Shown in pieces: positions 39,312-51,837 of a DNA stretch of 64,000 bases (position 1 is the first letter of the stretch; each line of letters starts with the position of its first letter). Origin of the DNA: Octopus sinensis (taxonomy: Eukaryota); contig NC_042999.1 in assembly GCF_006345805.1 (NCBI RefSeq), positions 2,356,001 through 2,420,000 of the forward strand. Direction: 5' to 3'. The translations under genes were made by a program, and so were the position numbers. A model generated the notes under the pieces. It was not told the origin of the DNA. It saw only the letters and a program-made list of their open reading frames with translations, and searched no databases.

Positions 39312-39890
39312 CAGTAATTTTCGACTATCGTGGATGTTACATTCCAAAAACCCCCAGTACTGTACTGTATATTTTTTTTATTATTTTTATAATTTGTATA
39401 TATTTAGGCATAGGAGTGGCTGTGTGGTAAGTAGCTTGCTTACCAACCACATGGTCCCGGGTTCAGTGACACTGCGTGGCACCTTGGGCAAGTGTCTTCT
39501 ACTATAGCCTTGGGCCGACCAAAGCCTTGTGAGTGGATTTGGTAGACGGAAACTGAAAGAAGCCTGTTGTATATATGTATATATATATGTATGTGTGTGT
39601 TTGTGTGTCTGTGTTTGTCCCCCTAGCATTGCTTGACAACTGATGCTGGTGTGTTTACGTCCCCGTAACTTAGCGGTTCAGCAAAAGAGACCAATAGAAT
39701 AAGTACTAGGCTTCCAAAGAATAAGTCCTAAAAAGACAGTGCTCCAGCATGGCTGCAGTCAAATGAGTGAAACAAGTAAAAGAGTAAAAGAGTAAAGAGT
39801 ATTTGTTTTTTTATTATAAATGCAAAACAACACCTCGGAGGAATTGACATAAGCTTAAAAAATAAACCACGATATGGCAAAGGATTACTG
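39312..39890 (+). mobile_element. Tigger-like (Tc1/mariner) MITE interrupted by a family-A SINE
   Basis: TA|CAGTAAT…TATCGTGG at the left and CCACGATATGGCAAAGGATTACTG|TA at the right. The uninterrupted relative is at 47835-48044. Confidence 0.75.
39406..39800 (+). mobile_element. SINE A nested in the Tigger-like MITE
   Basis: Full family A sequence with TATTT on both sides. Confidence 0.9.
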
Positions 39891-41514
39891 TATATATATA
39901 GATAGATAGATTTAAGTCTGCGTGTCTGCGTGTTTGTGTTTGTTCCTCACCACTGCTTGACAACCGGTGCTGGTTTGTTTATGTCCCCATAATCTAGTGG
40001 TTCAGCAAAAGTGACTGATAGAATAAGTAGCAAGCTTAAGAAGAATAAAGACTGGAGTCAATTGATTTTACTAAAAATTACTTCGAGGTGGTGCCCCAGC
40101 TTGGCCACAGTCCAATGACTGAAAGAAGTAAAAGATAATTGATAAAAGATACATATACACATATGCACACACACACACACACTCATACACCCACACTTAC
40201 ATGTGCACAGACACACACACACACAGCTCACTCACACACATACACACATACATGTGCACACACACACACAGCTCACACTCACACACATACACGTGCACAC
40301 TCACACACATACACATACATGTGCACACATACACACTCACACACATACACAAATGCACACACACACATACACATACATGTGCACACACACTCACACATGC
40401 AAACACTCACACACATAATTGATAAGAACTATACAGTTTCTTTATGGTAGAATGTAAATTCTGAGATTTGGCTGCCATTTCTAGGTGAGCCATCACCTAC
40501 GTATCAGGTTCCAAAATCTCAAAGGCGTGTGTGAAATGTCTAACGACACAACACTTCGACATTCTTTTCAATGTCGCAAAATATTTAGGAAATAAGTAAT
40601 AATCCAAAAGTTGGAACACTTTAATAGTTATCCATTTAAAAACCAACCAAATTTGTTCTTATATAACTTCAGCAAATGACTGTAAACCAATGGTTTAGGC
40701 GCCATTCGGCCATACATCAATGCCAATAGCTTTTATAAAAAGAAACAATACACGCTTAGAAGTCGAAGAATACCTGCAGACAGACATACCAGGTCACCAC
40801 CTTGTTATGATACGACTGATAATGTGAGCAGTTAAAGCTTCCGTATTCTGAAATCAATAAATTTGTTGCCATGACCATTCCTTCAGTAAGAGGATGTATC
40901 TTAGTAAAGGTTAGTGCCAGCAAAACGTTCAAGGGAGACATGAAAATGGTCTAATGGTTTCGTTCTATAGAAAGGCTACAAAAGAAGCAGAACGTTTTAT
41001 TGTCAGTGGCACCCAGGAGAATTCAGTGAAATGTTTGGAAGAAATTATATTTACATTTAGCCAGGAATCTTACAAGAACAATCAAAGAATGTGACGGACA
41101 AAGTATTTCTAATTTAGAAAAACCTTTATGAGAGAGATTTGTTCTAATGAAAATAGATAGCGTAGGAACGTGAAGTGTTCCTCTGAATAAAACTGAAACC
41201 TTTGCAAATGTCTTTTATTAGAGAACACATGAAATTCTTCATCAGCATCAATGTGTGTTTGCATATGTGTGTTGTGTGTAGGTATACACATAAACGTGTG
41301 TGTGTGTATGTATGTATGTGTGTGTGTGTAAATGATTATATGTGTATATATGGGTGCATGCACATACATGTCTATATGTCTGTCTTTCTCTCTCTTTCTC
41401 TCACTTTCTCTCTCTCTCTCTCTCTTTCTCTATCTTTCTATGTATACACACACATTCAGAAAGAGAGAGGGAAAGAAAGAGAGAATGTGAGTATGATATA
41501 TATACATACATATA

Positions 41515-41980
<466 letters not shown>

Positions 41981-42489
41981 CTAGGTAAGTGTTTTTCCAC
42001 AATAGTCTCTGAACAACCAAAGCTTCTTTGTGACTTTGATTTGTATATGTGTATGTATGCATGTATGTATTTTAAATGTATGTAAGTTTAAATATTTCAC
42101 TATCTAATTGTAGATGATTCCTGCTGTCTCTGATGATGGAAAATTTCCTGGAATTGCTTTATTCTGGCATTCTGGAAGACTGTGAATTTTCCCCTGACTC
42201 CTCGTAATAAATATGCAACACTCACACTGCTAATTGCAGTGTGATTTTTATTTACATTACATTATTTATTGCTATGGAAGCCCAGTTAGCACGAAATACC
42301 TGTCCTATCCCAGTTTTCTATACAATACCACTGATTTGGGGATATTGATCCAAGAAGGGTACCTCTATATGATGATTTGGCATACTAAAAATAGTAACCA
42401 AATAATCCTCAGATCACATCCTACATTGTACGTGAACAAAAAATACAAAAAGACAGGATGGCCACAGATGGAATACATCTGATGATAGG

Positions 42490-42865
42490 CATTCAGTTGG
42501 TTACAACGACGAGGGTTCCAGCTGATCCAATCAATGGAACAGCGGGCTCGTGAAATTAACCTGCAAGTGGCTGAGCACTCCACAGACACATGTACCCTTA
42601 ATGTAGTTCTTGGGGGAATTCAGTGTGACACAGAGTGTGACAAGGCTGACCCTTTGAAATACAGGTACAAGAGAAACAAGAAGAAAAAGAGAAAGTTGTG
42701 GTGAAAGAGTAAAGCAGGATTCTCCACCACCCCCTACCAGAGCCTCATGAAACTTTAGGTGTTTTCGCTTATTAAACACTCACAACACCCAGTCTGGGAA
42801 TCGAAACTGTGATCCTATGACCGCATGTCTGTTGCCCTGACCACTAGGCCATTGCGCCTCCACCA
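42490..42865 (-). mobile_element. tRNA-derived SINE family D
   Basis: Head GGAGGCGCAATGGCCTAGTGG…GTTTCGATTCCCAGAC. Other copies at about 1705-1885(-), 32215-32472(-) and 57283-57562(+). Confidence 0.85.
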
Positions 42866-43600
42866 ATCAGGATTAACCTACAATTGAATAAATTAATCAT
42901 CTAATTCATTAATACTCAGGCAGCAAACTAACAGAAATGTTAGCACGCCAGGTAAAATGCTTAGACATCTATCTTTATGTTCTGGGTTCAAATGCTGCTG
43001 GGGTCAGCTTTGCCTTTTATTTTTTTGGGGGTGGATAAAATATTAAAATCATTTGCATGCTGGACAAGATAAATGCTTAGTGGCATTTCATCTGTCTTTA
43101 GGTTCTGAGTTCAAATTCCACCAAGGTCAACTTTGCCTTTCATCCTTTCAGGTTCATCATCATCATCATTTAACGTCCACTTTCCACTCTGGCATGGGTT
43201 GGATGGTTTGACTGAGGACTGGCAAGCCAGATGCTGTACCAGGCTCCAATCTGATCTGGCAAAGTTTCTACACCTGGATGCCCTTCCTAACGCCATCCAC
43301 TCCGAGAGTGTAGTGGGTGCTTTTTATGTTCCACTGGCATGGTAGCCAGTCAGGTGGCACAGGCATTGGTCACGTTCAGATGCTATTCCCTATGTGCTAC
43401 CAGCACAGGACCCAATTGGGGTGGGGGTGCTGATTGAAATAATTAGCAGTTGGGCACTGCAGACGATCTAATTGACTTAGCCTCTTTCTCTAAAATTGCT
43501 GGCCTTGTGTAAAAATTCGAAACCAATATAATTAGGTTCGTTATTCGGGTGGTGAACCAGCAAAACCATTAACACATTGGGCAAAATGCTCAGTGTCGTA

Positions 43601-43812
43601 TTTTTAATCTTTACTCATTTCAGCCTTGTGGCTGTGGTCTTACTGAAGCACCACAATGGAAAAATGTGGCATGCTTACAGCATCTAGGTTTCTCAAGCGG
43701 TCACCCGTCTAAGTACTCACTCCCAAGCGGTAACCCATCTAAGTACTCACTAGGCTCAACATTGCTCAACTTCAGTGATCAGACAAGAAGCGATGCATCC
43801 AACATGATTGCA
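43601..43812 (-). mobile_element. 5S rRNA-derived SINE-like element (5S head plus CR1-type tail), inserted in a family-B SINE
   Basis: Minus strand: …TCTTGTCTGATCACTGAAGTTGAGCAATGTTGAGCCTAGTGAGTACTTAGATGGGTTACCGCTTGGG…AAACCTAGATGCTGTAAGC, which is eukaryotic 5S-like with box A and box C. It is followed by GTGGTGCTTCAG…CACAGCCACAAGGCTGAAATGAGTAAAGA. There is an internal 30-bp duplication. Confidence 0.8.
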
Positions 43813-44548
43813 TTCTGAATTCAAATTCCACTGTGGTCAACTTTGCCTTTAATCCTTTCAGGGTCAATAAAACAAGTACCAGTTATGCAATGGGGTCGAT
43901 GTAATCAACTTCCTTCCACTCTCCCCAAAACAGCTGGCCTTGTGCCAAAATTCAAAATCAATATTTATTAATACTGTCCCGTAATAACTATTCAAATAAA
44001 CATTGTGTAAATCTCATATTTTTATATAATTTAAGAGGCTGCTTTTATGATTCCTCATCATAAAATATAGTTTCATATCATTGAAGCCAGAGGCACCGAT
44101 GCAATTTGGTTTTTGGTTTTTCTTCTTTTTTCCTTTTTCTTCTCTCTAGACTGTAAACAAATACGGAATTAGACATCAGCTTCAATTGATGTTATTTTGA
44201 GAAGTTTTGTTTGTGATGAAAATTTCAAATTTGTCCAAATTTATTAAACATTTCAACTGATTTCATATTTTACAGTTTAAAAAAACAACATGAAAGCATA
44301 CAATCTGATTGATCTTTACTTGGTTTTTCAAGGCAAATATTTTATCAACCTTGGAAAGATAAACTATACAGCTGACCTCAGTAAGATTTGAACTCAAAGC
44401 ATAAAAATTCCAAAACAAATATTGTTCACAAGAGGTCACACGTACAACCCTCCGCCTCCACCACTACCAAACAGAAAGTCAAACACAAAGCATACAGAAT
44501 ACATGGGGAAACCCCGTGAACGAGAAATGTGCAAGAAAAACAAAGAAG

Positions 44549-45312
44549 GCAGTGAGCTGGCAGAAACGTTAGCACGCCGGACGAAATGCTTAGAGGTGTT
44601 TCGTCTGCCGTTACGTTCTGAGTTCAAATTCCACCGAGGTCAACTTTGCCTTTCATCCTTTCGGGGTCATTAAATTAAGTACCAGTTATGCGCTGGGGTT
44701 GATGTAATCGACTTAATTTGTCTGTCCTTGTTTGTCCTCTCTGTGTTTAGCCCCTTGTGGGTAGTAAAGAAATAGGTATTTCGTCTGCCTTTACGTTCTG
44801 AGTTCAAATTCCACCGAGGTTGACTTTGCCTTTCATCCTTTCGGGGTCATTAAATTAAGTACCAGTTACACACTGGGGTCGATATAATCGACTTAATCCG
44901 TTTGTCTGTCCTTGCTTGTCCTCTCTGTGTCTAGCCCCTTGTGGGTAGTAAAGAAATAGGTATTTCGTCTGCCTTTACGTTCTGAGTTCAAATTCCACTG
45001 AGGTTGACTTTGCCTTTCATCCTTTCGGGGTCGATTAAATAAGTACCAGTTATGCACTGGGGTCAATATAATCGACTTAATCCGTTTGTCTGTCCTTGTT
45101 TGTCCCCTCTGTGTTTAGCCCCTTGTGGGTAGTAAAGAAATAGGTATTTTGTCTGTCTTTACGTTCTGAGTTCAAAATTCTGCCGAGGACGACTTTGCTT
45201 TCCATCCTTTTAAGTACCAATTATGCACTGGGGTCGATGTAATCGATTTCATCCCTTTGTCTGTCCTTGTTTGTCCCCTTTGTGTGTAGCCCCTTGTGGG
45301 CAATAAAGAAAT
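44549..45312 (+). mobile_element. SINE B with one head and four tandem bodies
   Basis: Head GCAGTGAGCTGGCAGAAACGTTAGC…; bodies start at 44594, 44774, 44958 and 45142 and each ends GTGGG…AAAGAAAT. Other B copies at about 1-210(-), 11215-11410(-), 11760-11975(-), 12913-13325 (two copies), 42920-43150 and 43810-43960. Confidence 0.9.
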
Positions 45313-45585
45313 AAGAATACATGGGGATGCACTTATTTACCATGTTGAGTCAAATGTTTCTCCATGTTATATTATTGATACAACTTGTTTTCCAATCATT
45401 GCTGAACTGCTTGTTTTTTTCTTTCTATTGCTGGGTGGTTGGCATTAGGATGGACAGCCAGCTGTAAAAACTCAGCCAAAACAGACACAAAAGTCTGGTG
45501 CAGGTTCCTGCCTGGCTGGTTCCTGTCAAACTGCCCAACCCATGCCAGCATGGAAGGCAGAATTTAAATGATGATGATGATGATA

Positions 45586-45616
<31 letters not shown>

Positions 45617-45699
45617 CAATAATGATGATGATGATGAAGGTGATGATGATGATGATAACACATAAGAATTAATTGTTTATTCATTTTACAGTTTTGATA

Positions 45700-46035
45700 A
45701 TGAGTAGTGAAAAAATTGCAGTTAAAGTCATTATATGCTATCTGTAATGAAAAGGACTGGGTGTAAGGGCAGCAGCAAATGAATTGAATGATGTGGAAGG
45801 CTTATGAACTGTCAACAAACATGTGGCACAAAACTGGTTCAGATGATTCAAGGAAAGTGACACCAACCTCAAAGAGAAACCAAGGTCAGAAAACCCTTCT
45901 GTTGTGGAAAATGAGGCCTTATTTGAAAATGTTGAATAACAGTCAAGCACAAGCAATCGTACATTGTCAGCAGAACTTGGTCCGTCACACAGCACCATCA
46001 GCTGACACTTCTATAAGCTTGGCCTAGTGAATGGA
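45700..46035 (+). mobile_element. Mariner transposase N-terminal (HTH) remnant
   Basis: KGLGVRAAANELNDVEG..TVNKHVAQNWFR*FKESDTNLKEKPRSENPSVVENEAL…STSNRTLSAELGPSHSTI, with several stops. Confidence 0.8.
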
Positions 46036-46597
46036 CTCTGTTGAGAAGCAAGCTCCTTGTGAACTGATTGGTTTGAAGTATTAATTAAAGTTTGAAATAA
46101 GAAAGACTTGTAACTCAACAGGCATAAATGTGTGTGTGTGTGTATGTGTGTACATGTAGAAATAAATATATAAATATATTTTTTATTTACTGCCAACAAG
46201 GAACTGCACTTGTGTGGTAAATCTTGAAAAATTAGAATGTATAAGCTCAGGGCATATACTGGATTGCCTCGTGTATATTTGTTTAATCTAAGGTGTACCT
46301 GTGAAAAAGACTTCACCTAGCAAATTATTTTATTTGCTAAAAAAGTCTGAAACCATGGTCCAAGATTAAGATGGTAAATGTTTTTATTTTTCATTACCTT
46401 CGAAATTTTATCCCTAATAGCGGTCTAGAATTTAACTGTTCTGTCTAGCATTCAAGGAGTCCTACAATGGATGCCTCTTATGTGTTTAAATGTAAACTGT
46501 ATTTATGTATATATATCATCATATCATCATCATCATCATATCATCATCATCATCATCGCTTAACGTCTGCCTGCCATGCTGGCATGGGTGGGACACA

Positions 46598-46645
<48 letters not shown>

Positions 46646-47834
46646 TATATATATACATATATACATAAAACAATTCCACTCACCTTTTTCTCTACCCAGG
46701 ATATGGTCAGAGTTCTAAACACCAATAGCAACCATATGCTGCTGCTTCCACTGCTTTTGCATTTCTCTCTTTCTTCTGGACTGAAAACCCTCAAGGGTCA
46801 TTTTACTGTCTTACATCTAACAACTGGGTTTTCTGTTCTGTACCACCAGTGAGATTGCTCCTAACTTCTTTGCTCCCAAAAAGGGGTATGACTCTATATA
46901 TTAGCCCTGTCATCTTTGAAGATTATCAAGATTAGGACATCATCCAAACACATGTTGGTGTGTGTCACCTTAAGGTTCACTTCCTGCTTGTACTAAGCTG
47001 CAAAGCCATGCTTCCATATCTGTGCTGACATTTCTAACCATCCTCATACGTCTTTTTTCCAAATACTAAGGGTAAGATATTGGTGCACCAGCATTATCTT
47101 TATGCTTCCTTCACTATTAGTCACAAAATCCAGGTACACCCATAAATCCTGTCTTTTTACTTTTTCTTTCAAACTGCATATCACTTTTCTTTTTGTTCTT
47201 TCATAGGTAAATTCTTCAAGCAAGGAGGTACTGCCTTTTGCAACATACACTGCCCATACCTTATCCGTTTCCTTCAACTGGTTTATATCAAAGAACTCCC
47301 AATAATCCACAAGTCTAATAAAAGATGATAATTACTTTTGATGGTGATGATGCTATAAATTAATTTAATGTCTTATTTTTGTTTTAATTTAAGATTGTTT
47401 ATAGCTTTAATTTTTGTTTGGCTGTAGTTGTAATTGCTTGTGTATTTGTTTAATTAAGTGTTTTAATTATCAAGTTACAAGCTTTTTAAAGATTCTACTT
47501 TTATTTGTAAAAGCCCAGATGTAGGAAGATGTGAGTAGCATTTCAAAAGAAGCATTTTGTATTTTCCCATCTTATTTCAATGAGATGACTGTTTAAACAA
47601 CATTCTAAAGGAATGCATATGTAAAGTGAGCCAAAAACCTTTTAAGAGAAGATTTGTAAATATGTGTAACAATGGCAAACCACAACTACAACAACAATGA
47701 TGGGGACAATAACAACAACAACAACAACAAGAATATTATAATATGAAATATAATTGATACAATATAATTGATAAGAGACTCAGATTAGTGAAATGCACCA
47801 AGGCAATATTAAAAGGAGGAAAATTAATTAAGCT

Positions 47835-48044
47835 TATCACAGGTGTTACATTCCAAAACCCCTCATGATAGCTGAAAATCTGTGAAGTAGAAACAGTACT
47901 GAACTGTATATTTATTTTTATTATTTTTATAATTTGTATATATATTTATTTTATTATAAATGCAAAACAACACCATGGAGGAATTGACATGAGCTTCAAT
48001 AATAAACTGCAATAGGTGAACTGCGATATGGTGAGGGCTTACTG
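47835..48044 (+). mobile_element. Tigger-like MITE, left TIR missing
   Basis: GTTACATTCCAAAA…ATAAATGCAAAACAACACC…GCGATATGGTGAGGGCTTACTG|TA. Confidence 0.7.
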
Positions 48045-48057
48045 TAGTAATATCACA

Positions 48058-48216
48058 GAATGGTTGTGTGGTAAGTTGTGTTAGCCAACCACAATGTTAT
48101 GGGTTCTCTCCCACTGCAAGGCTTCCTAGAGAAATGTCTTCTACTAGAGCTTCATGTGGATCGAAGCCTTGTGAGTTGATTTGGTAGATGGAAACTGAAG
48201 GAAGCCCAGTCGTGTA

Positions 48217-48248
<32 letters not shown>

Positions 48249-48510
48249 CATGTGTGTATGTGTGTGTGTGTCTGTGTGTGAGTGTGTATGTCTGGCATTG
48301 TGTCTGTGTTTGTCCCCCATTGCACTAGACAACCTGTGTTAGTGTGTTTACATTCCAATGACTTAGTAGTTCAGCAAAAGACAACAATAGAATAAGTAAC
48401 AGGCTTAAAGAAACAACTAAGTACTAGGGTCGATTCATTTGATGAAAAATTCTTCAAGGCAGTGCCGTAGCATGGCCACAGACTTAATGACCGAAACAAG
48501 TAAGATAAAA
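48058..48510 (+). mobile_element. SINE A, diverged
   Basis: Family A head, body and tail are recognisable. Confidence 0.8.
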
Positions 48511-48777
48511 AACAGGAGAAAGAAAACAAGAAACAGAAGTAAGAAAATTAGACCAAACCCAGAGTTACAAATACTTAGGAATCAGCAACCTAGACAGTAC
48601 TGATGCATTAGATTAATATTAAATGCCAAATACGATATCATTCAATATATCAGTTGTAGTGTGGAAGATATTTGTAAGCCATTCGAGAACATGCAAAAAA
48701 ACCGTTAGTTTCACTTCAACATTTAATTTTCATTTGTGTCAAAATATTTTCTTTGCTTTGAAACCGTGACTTGTTCA

Positions 48778-50341
48778 CTGAACAGGTCGCAGTTTCAAAG
48801 GAACGAAAATATTTTCCCTAAACAGGAGGCACTTTCAAAGTGAAAAAATATTTTCCCTGAACAGGATGCACTTTCAAAGTGACAAAAATATTTTCTCTGA
48901 ACAGGTCACACTTTCAAAGTGACAAAAATATTTTTACTGAACAGGTCACACTTTCAAAGTGACAAAAATATTTTCCGTGAACAGGTTGCACTTTCAAAGT
49001 GACAAAAATATTTCCCCTGAACAGGTCACACTTTCAAAGTGACAAAAATATTTTCCCTGAACAGGTCACACTTTCAAAGTGACAAAAATATTTTCCCTGA
49101 ACAGGTCACACTTTCAAAGTGACAAAAATATTGTCCCTGAACAGGTCACACTTTAAAAGTGACAAAAATATTTTCCCTGAACAGGTCACACTTTCAAAGT
49201 GACAAAAATATTTTCCCTGAACAGGTCACACTTTCAAAGTGACAAAAATATTTTCCCTGAACAGGTTGCACTTTCAAAGTGACAAAAATATTTTCTCTGA
49301 ACAGGTCACACTTTCAAAGTGACAAAAATATTTTCCCTGAACAGGTCACACTTTCAAAGTGACAAAAATATTTTCCCTGAACAGGTTGCACTTTCAAAGT
49401 GACAAAAATATTGTCCCTGAACAGGTCACACTTTCAAAGTGACAAAAATATTTTCCCTGAACAGTCACACTTTCAAAGTGACAAAAATATTTTCCCTGAA
49501 CAGGTCACACTTTCAAAGTGACAAAAATATTTTCCCTGAACAGGATGCACTTTCAAAGTGACAAAAATATTGTCCCTGAACAGGTCACACTTTCAAAGTG
49601 ACAAAAATATTTTCCCTGAACAGGTCACACTTTCAAAGGGACAAAAATATTTTCCCTAAACAGGATGCACTTTCAAAGTGACAAAAATATTTTCTCTGAA
49701 CAGGTCACACTTTCAAAGTGACAAAATATTTTTACTGAACAGGTCACACTTTCAAAGTGACAAAAATATTTTCTCTGAACAGGTCACACTTTCAAAGTGA
49801 CAAAAATATTTTCCCTGAACAGGTCACACTTTCAAAGTGACAAAAATATTTTCCCTGAACAGGATGCACTTTCAAAGTGACAAAAATATTTTTACTGAAC
49901 AGGTCACACTTTCAAAGTGACAAAAATATTTTCTCTGAACAGGTTGCACTTTCAAAGTGACAAAAATATTTTTACTGAACAGGTCACACTTTCAAAGTGA
50001 CAAAAATATTTTCTCTGAACAGGTTGCACTTTCAAAGTGACAAAAATATTTTTACTGAACAGGTCACACTTTCAAAGTGACAAAAATATTTTCTCTGAAC
50101 AGGTTGCACTTTCAAAGTGACAAAAATATTTTTACTGAACAGGTCACACTTTCAAAGTGACAAAAATATTTTCTCTGAACAGGTTGCACTTTCAAAGGAA
50201 CGAAAATATTTTCCCTGAACAGATCGCAGTTTCAAAGTGACAAAAATATTTTCCCTGAACAGGTCACACTTTGAAAGTGACAAAAATATTTTCCCTGAAC
50301 AGGATGCACTTTCAAAGTGACAAAAATATTTTCCCTGAACA
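48778..50341 (+). repeat. 40-bp minisatellite, about 39 copies
   Basis: Consensus CCCTGAACAGGTCACACTTTCAAAGTGACAAAAATATTTT. Variants GTCAC/GTTGC/GATGC and TTCCC/TTCTC/TTTTA. There are no spacers. Confidence 0.97.
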
Positions 50342-50861
50342 TGTGGTTGAGAAGCAAACTTCTTACCACACAGCCACACCTGCACCTACAGTGAAATGGT
50401 GAAATATTTTAAATCAGAGTTACTGAATACCTCGTCAAAGTATGAAGTGATGGTAACAGAAGCCTCCACAGGGCCAATATCTGAAATGATGTGAAAGGGT
50501 CCAAATAGCTAATGAAAAACTGTAACATAAACTAATAAGCAAACAACTAGGGATTCTTGATGAAAGCCCTTACCCCAAATATCCCCTAAAGTGAATACAT
50601 TCTGCTTCATTACATACTTCATCTTTTCATCTTTTATTCTATTAATAGTTTCAGCCATTGGACTGTGGCCAAGCTAGGGCACCACCTTCAAGAACTTTCA
50701 GCTGAATTCATCGAATATTTCTTTCTTTAAGCCTGGTAATTATTTTATCATTCTCTTTTGATGAAACACTAAGTTATGGGGAAGTCCACAGACCAACAGC
50801 AGTTGTCAAGTGGAGGTGGGAGACAAACACACACACACAGCATACATACATGCATATATAC

Positions 50862-50908
<47 letters not shown>

Positions 50909-50911
<3 letters not shown>

Positions 50912-51105
50912 CCGCATGTGTACCGTTGGCGATTTTTTTTCCTCCGTCTTCCCTCTCTGGATCTTTCCTTCTCCTATGTTTCAGACGAAGAGCTCCACTC
51001 GAAACGTTAAACCCTCCTTCTTCCTTTCCTTTCTGAGCATCCAATAATATTATATTTGTTCCACGTCCTCGCGTTGTTGTGTTTTCATGTTTGGATTAAC
51101 TTTAT
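50909..51105 (+). mobile_element. Solo pLTR-like remnant with degenerate hammerhead (50978-51012)
   Basis: Flanked by (AT)n. Reads GTTT CAGACGA AGAGCTCCACTC GAAA CG T T AAAC. A second copy lies at 58135-58340. Confidence 0.6.
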
Positions 51106-51124
51106 ATGTACACATAGATTTTCA

Positions 51125-51540
51125 GTAATATACATCTGTAAGATCCTGGAAGGGATTGTGCCAAATGTTGGCATTGAAAGCTACCAGAACGGGTTACCAC
51201 TGCACAGTGCCAAAGATCCCAGCAATGCTGTTATGCTTCAGAACCAGTTACAGCAACAACCTTGGTTTCAGAGGCCCACAGTTTTTTTATATTTTCCCAA
51301 AGAGCCTGATGAACCTACACAAAGTGGATGTAGGTGTTTTCAAATCAAAACTGGATCTCTTCCTGTCGATAGTCCCAGATGAACCTACCTCACAGCAGGA
51401 GGTGCAAATGAGGATAGTGACATCAAACTCATTTATTCACCAAATGCTACATATCAGAGGAGGCTCTCAGTAATGACAGTGTAGCAAAATGGCAGTGCAC
51501 CAGCATGGCCACAGCTTTGAGCTGAAACTGATAAAACATA
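51125..51540 (+). mobile_element. 3' fragment of the same CR1 family
   Basis: YICKILEGIVPN…LGFRGPQ…FKSKLDLFLSIVPDEPT…; tail GCAGTGCACCAGCATGGCCACAGCTTTGAGCTGAAAC. Confidence 0.85.
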
Positions 51541-51796
51541 AAACATATATATATTCTGTTTTTAAATGTCTTACTTCGAGAGCTGCATTCGGTATGATTC
51601 GTTTATTTTTGGTAGTTAATGACTTTAAAAGTCCCTCCTAGCGTGTGGCATTTATGTGTAATAATGCCCTCTATATAATATAAATAGATATTTTCAAGTG
51701 AAAAAATTTACAGATTTTTTCACTTATGAGGTTTTTCACGCTAACTACCTGATAATTTCTTGTTAAGATATCTTATTAAGATTTTATCCTAATTTT

Positions 51797-51837
<41 letters not shown>

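Noticed and set aside
48778-50341. CRISPR-like array
   Set aside because: The units are directly tandem with no unique spacers, there are no cas genes, and the context is eukaryotic.
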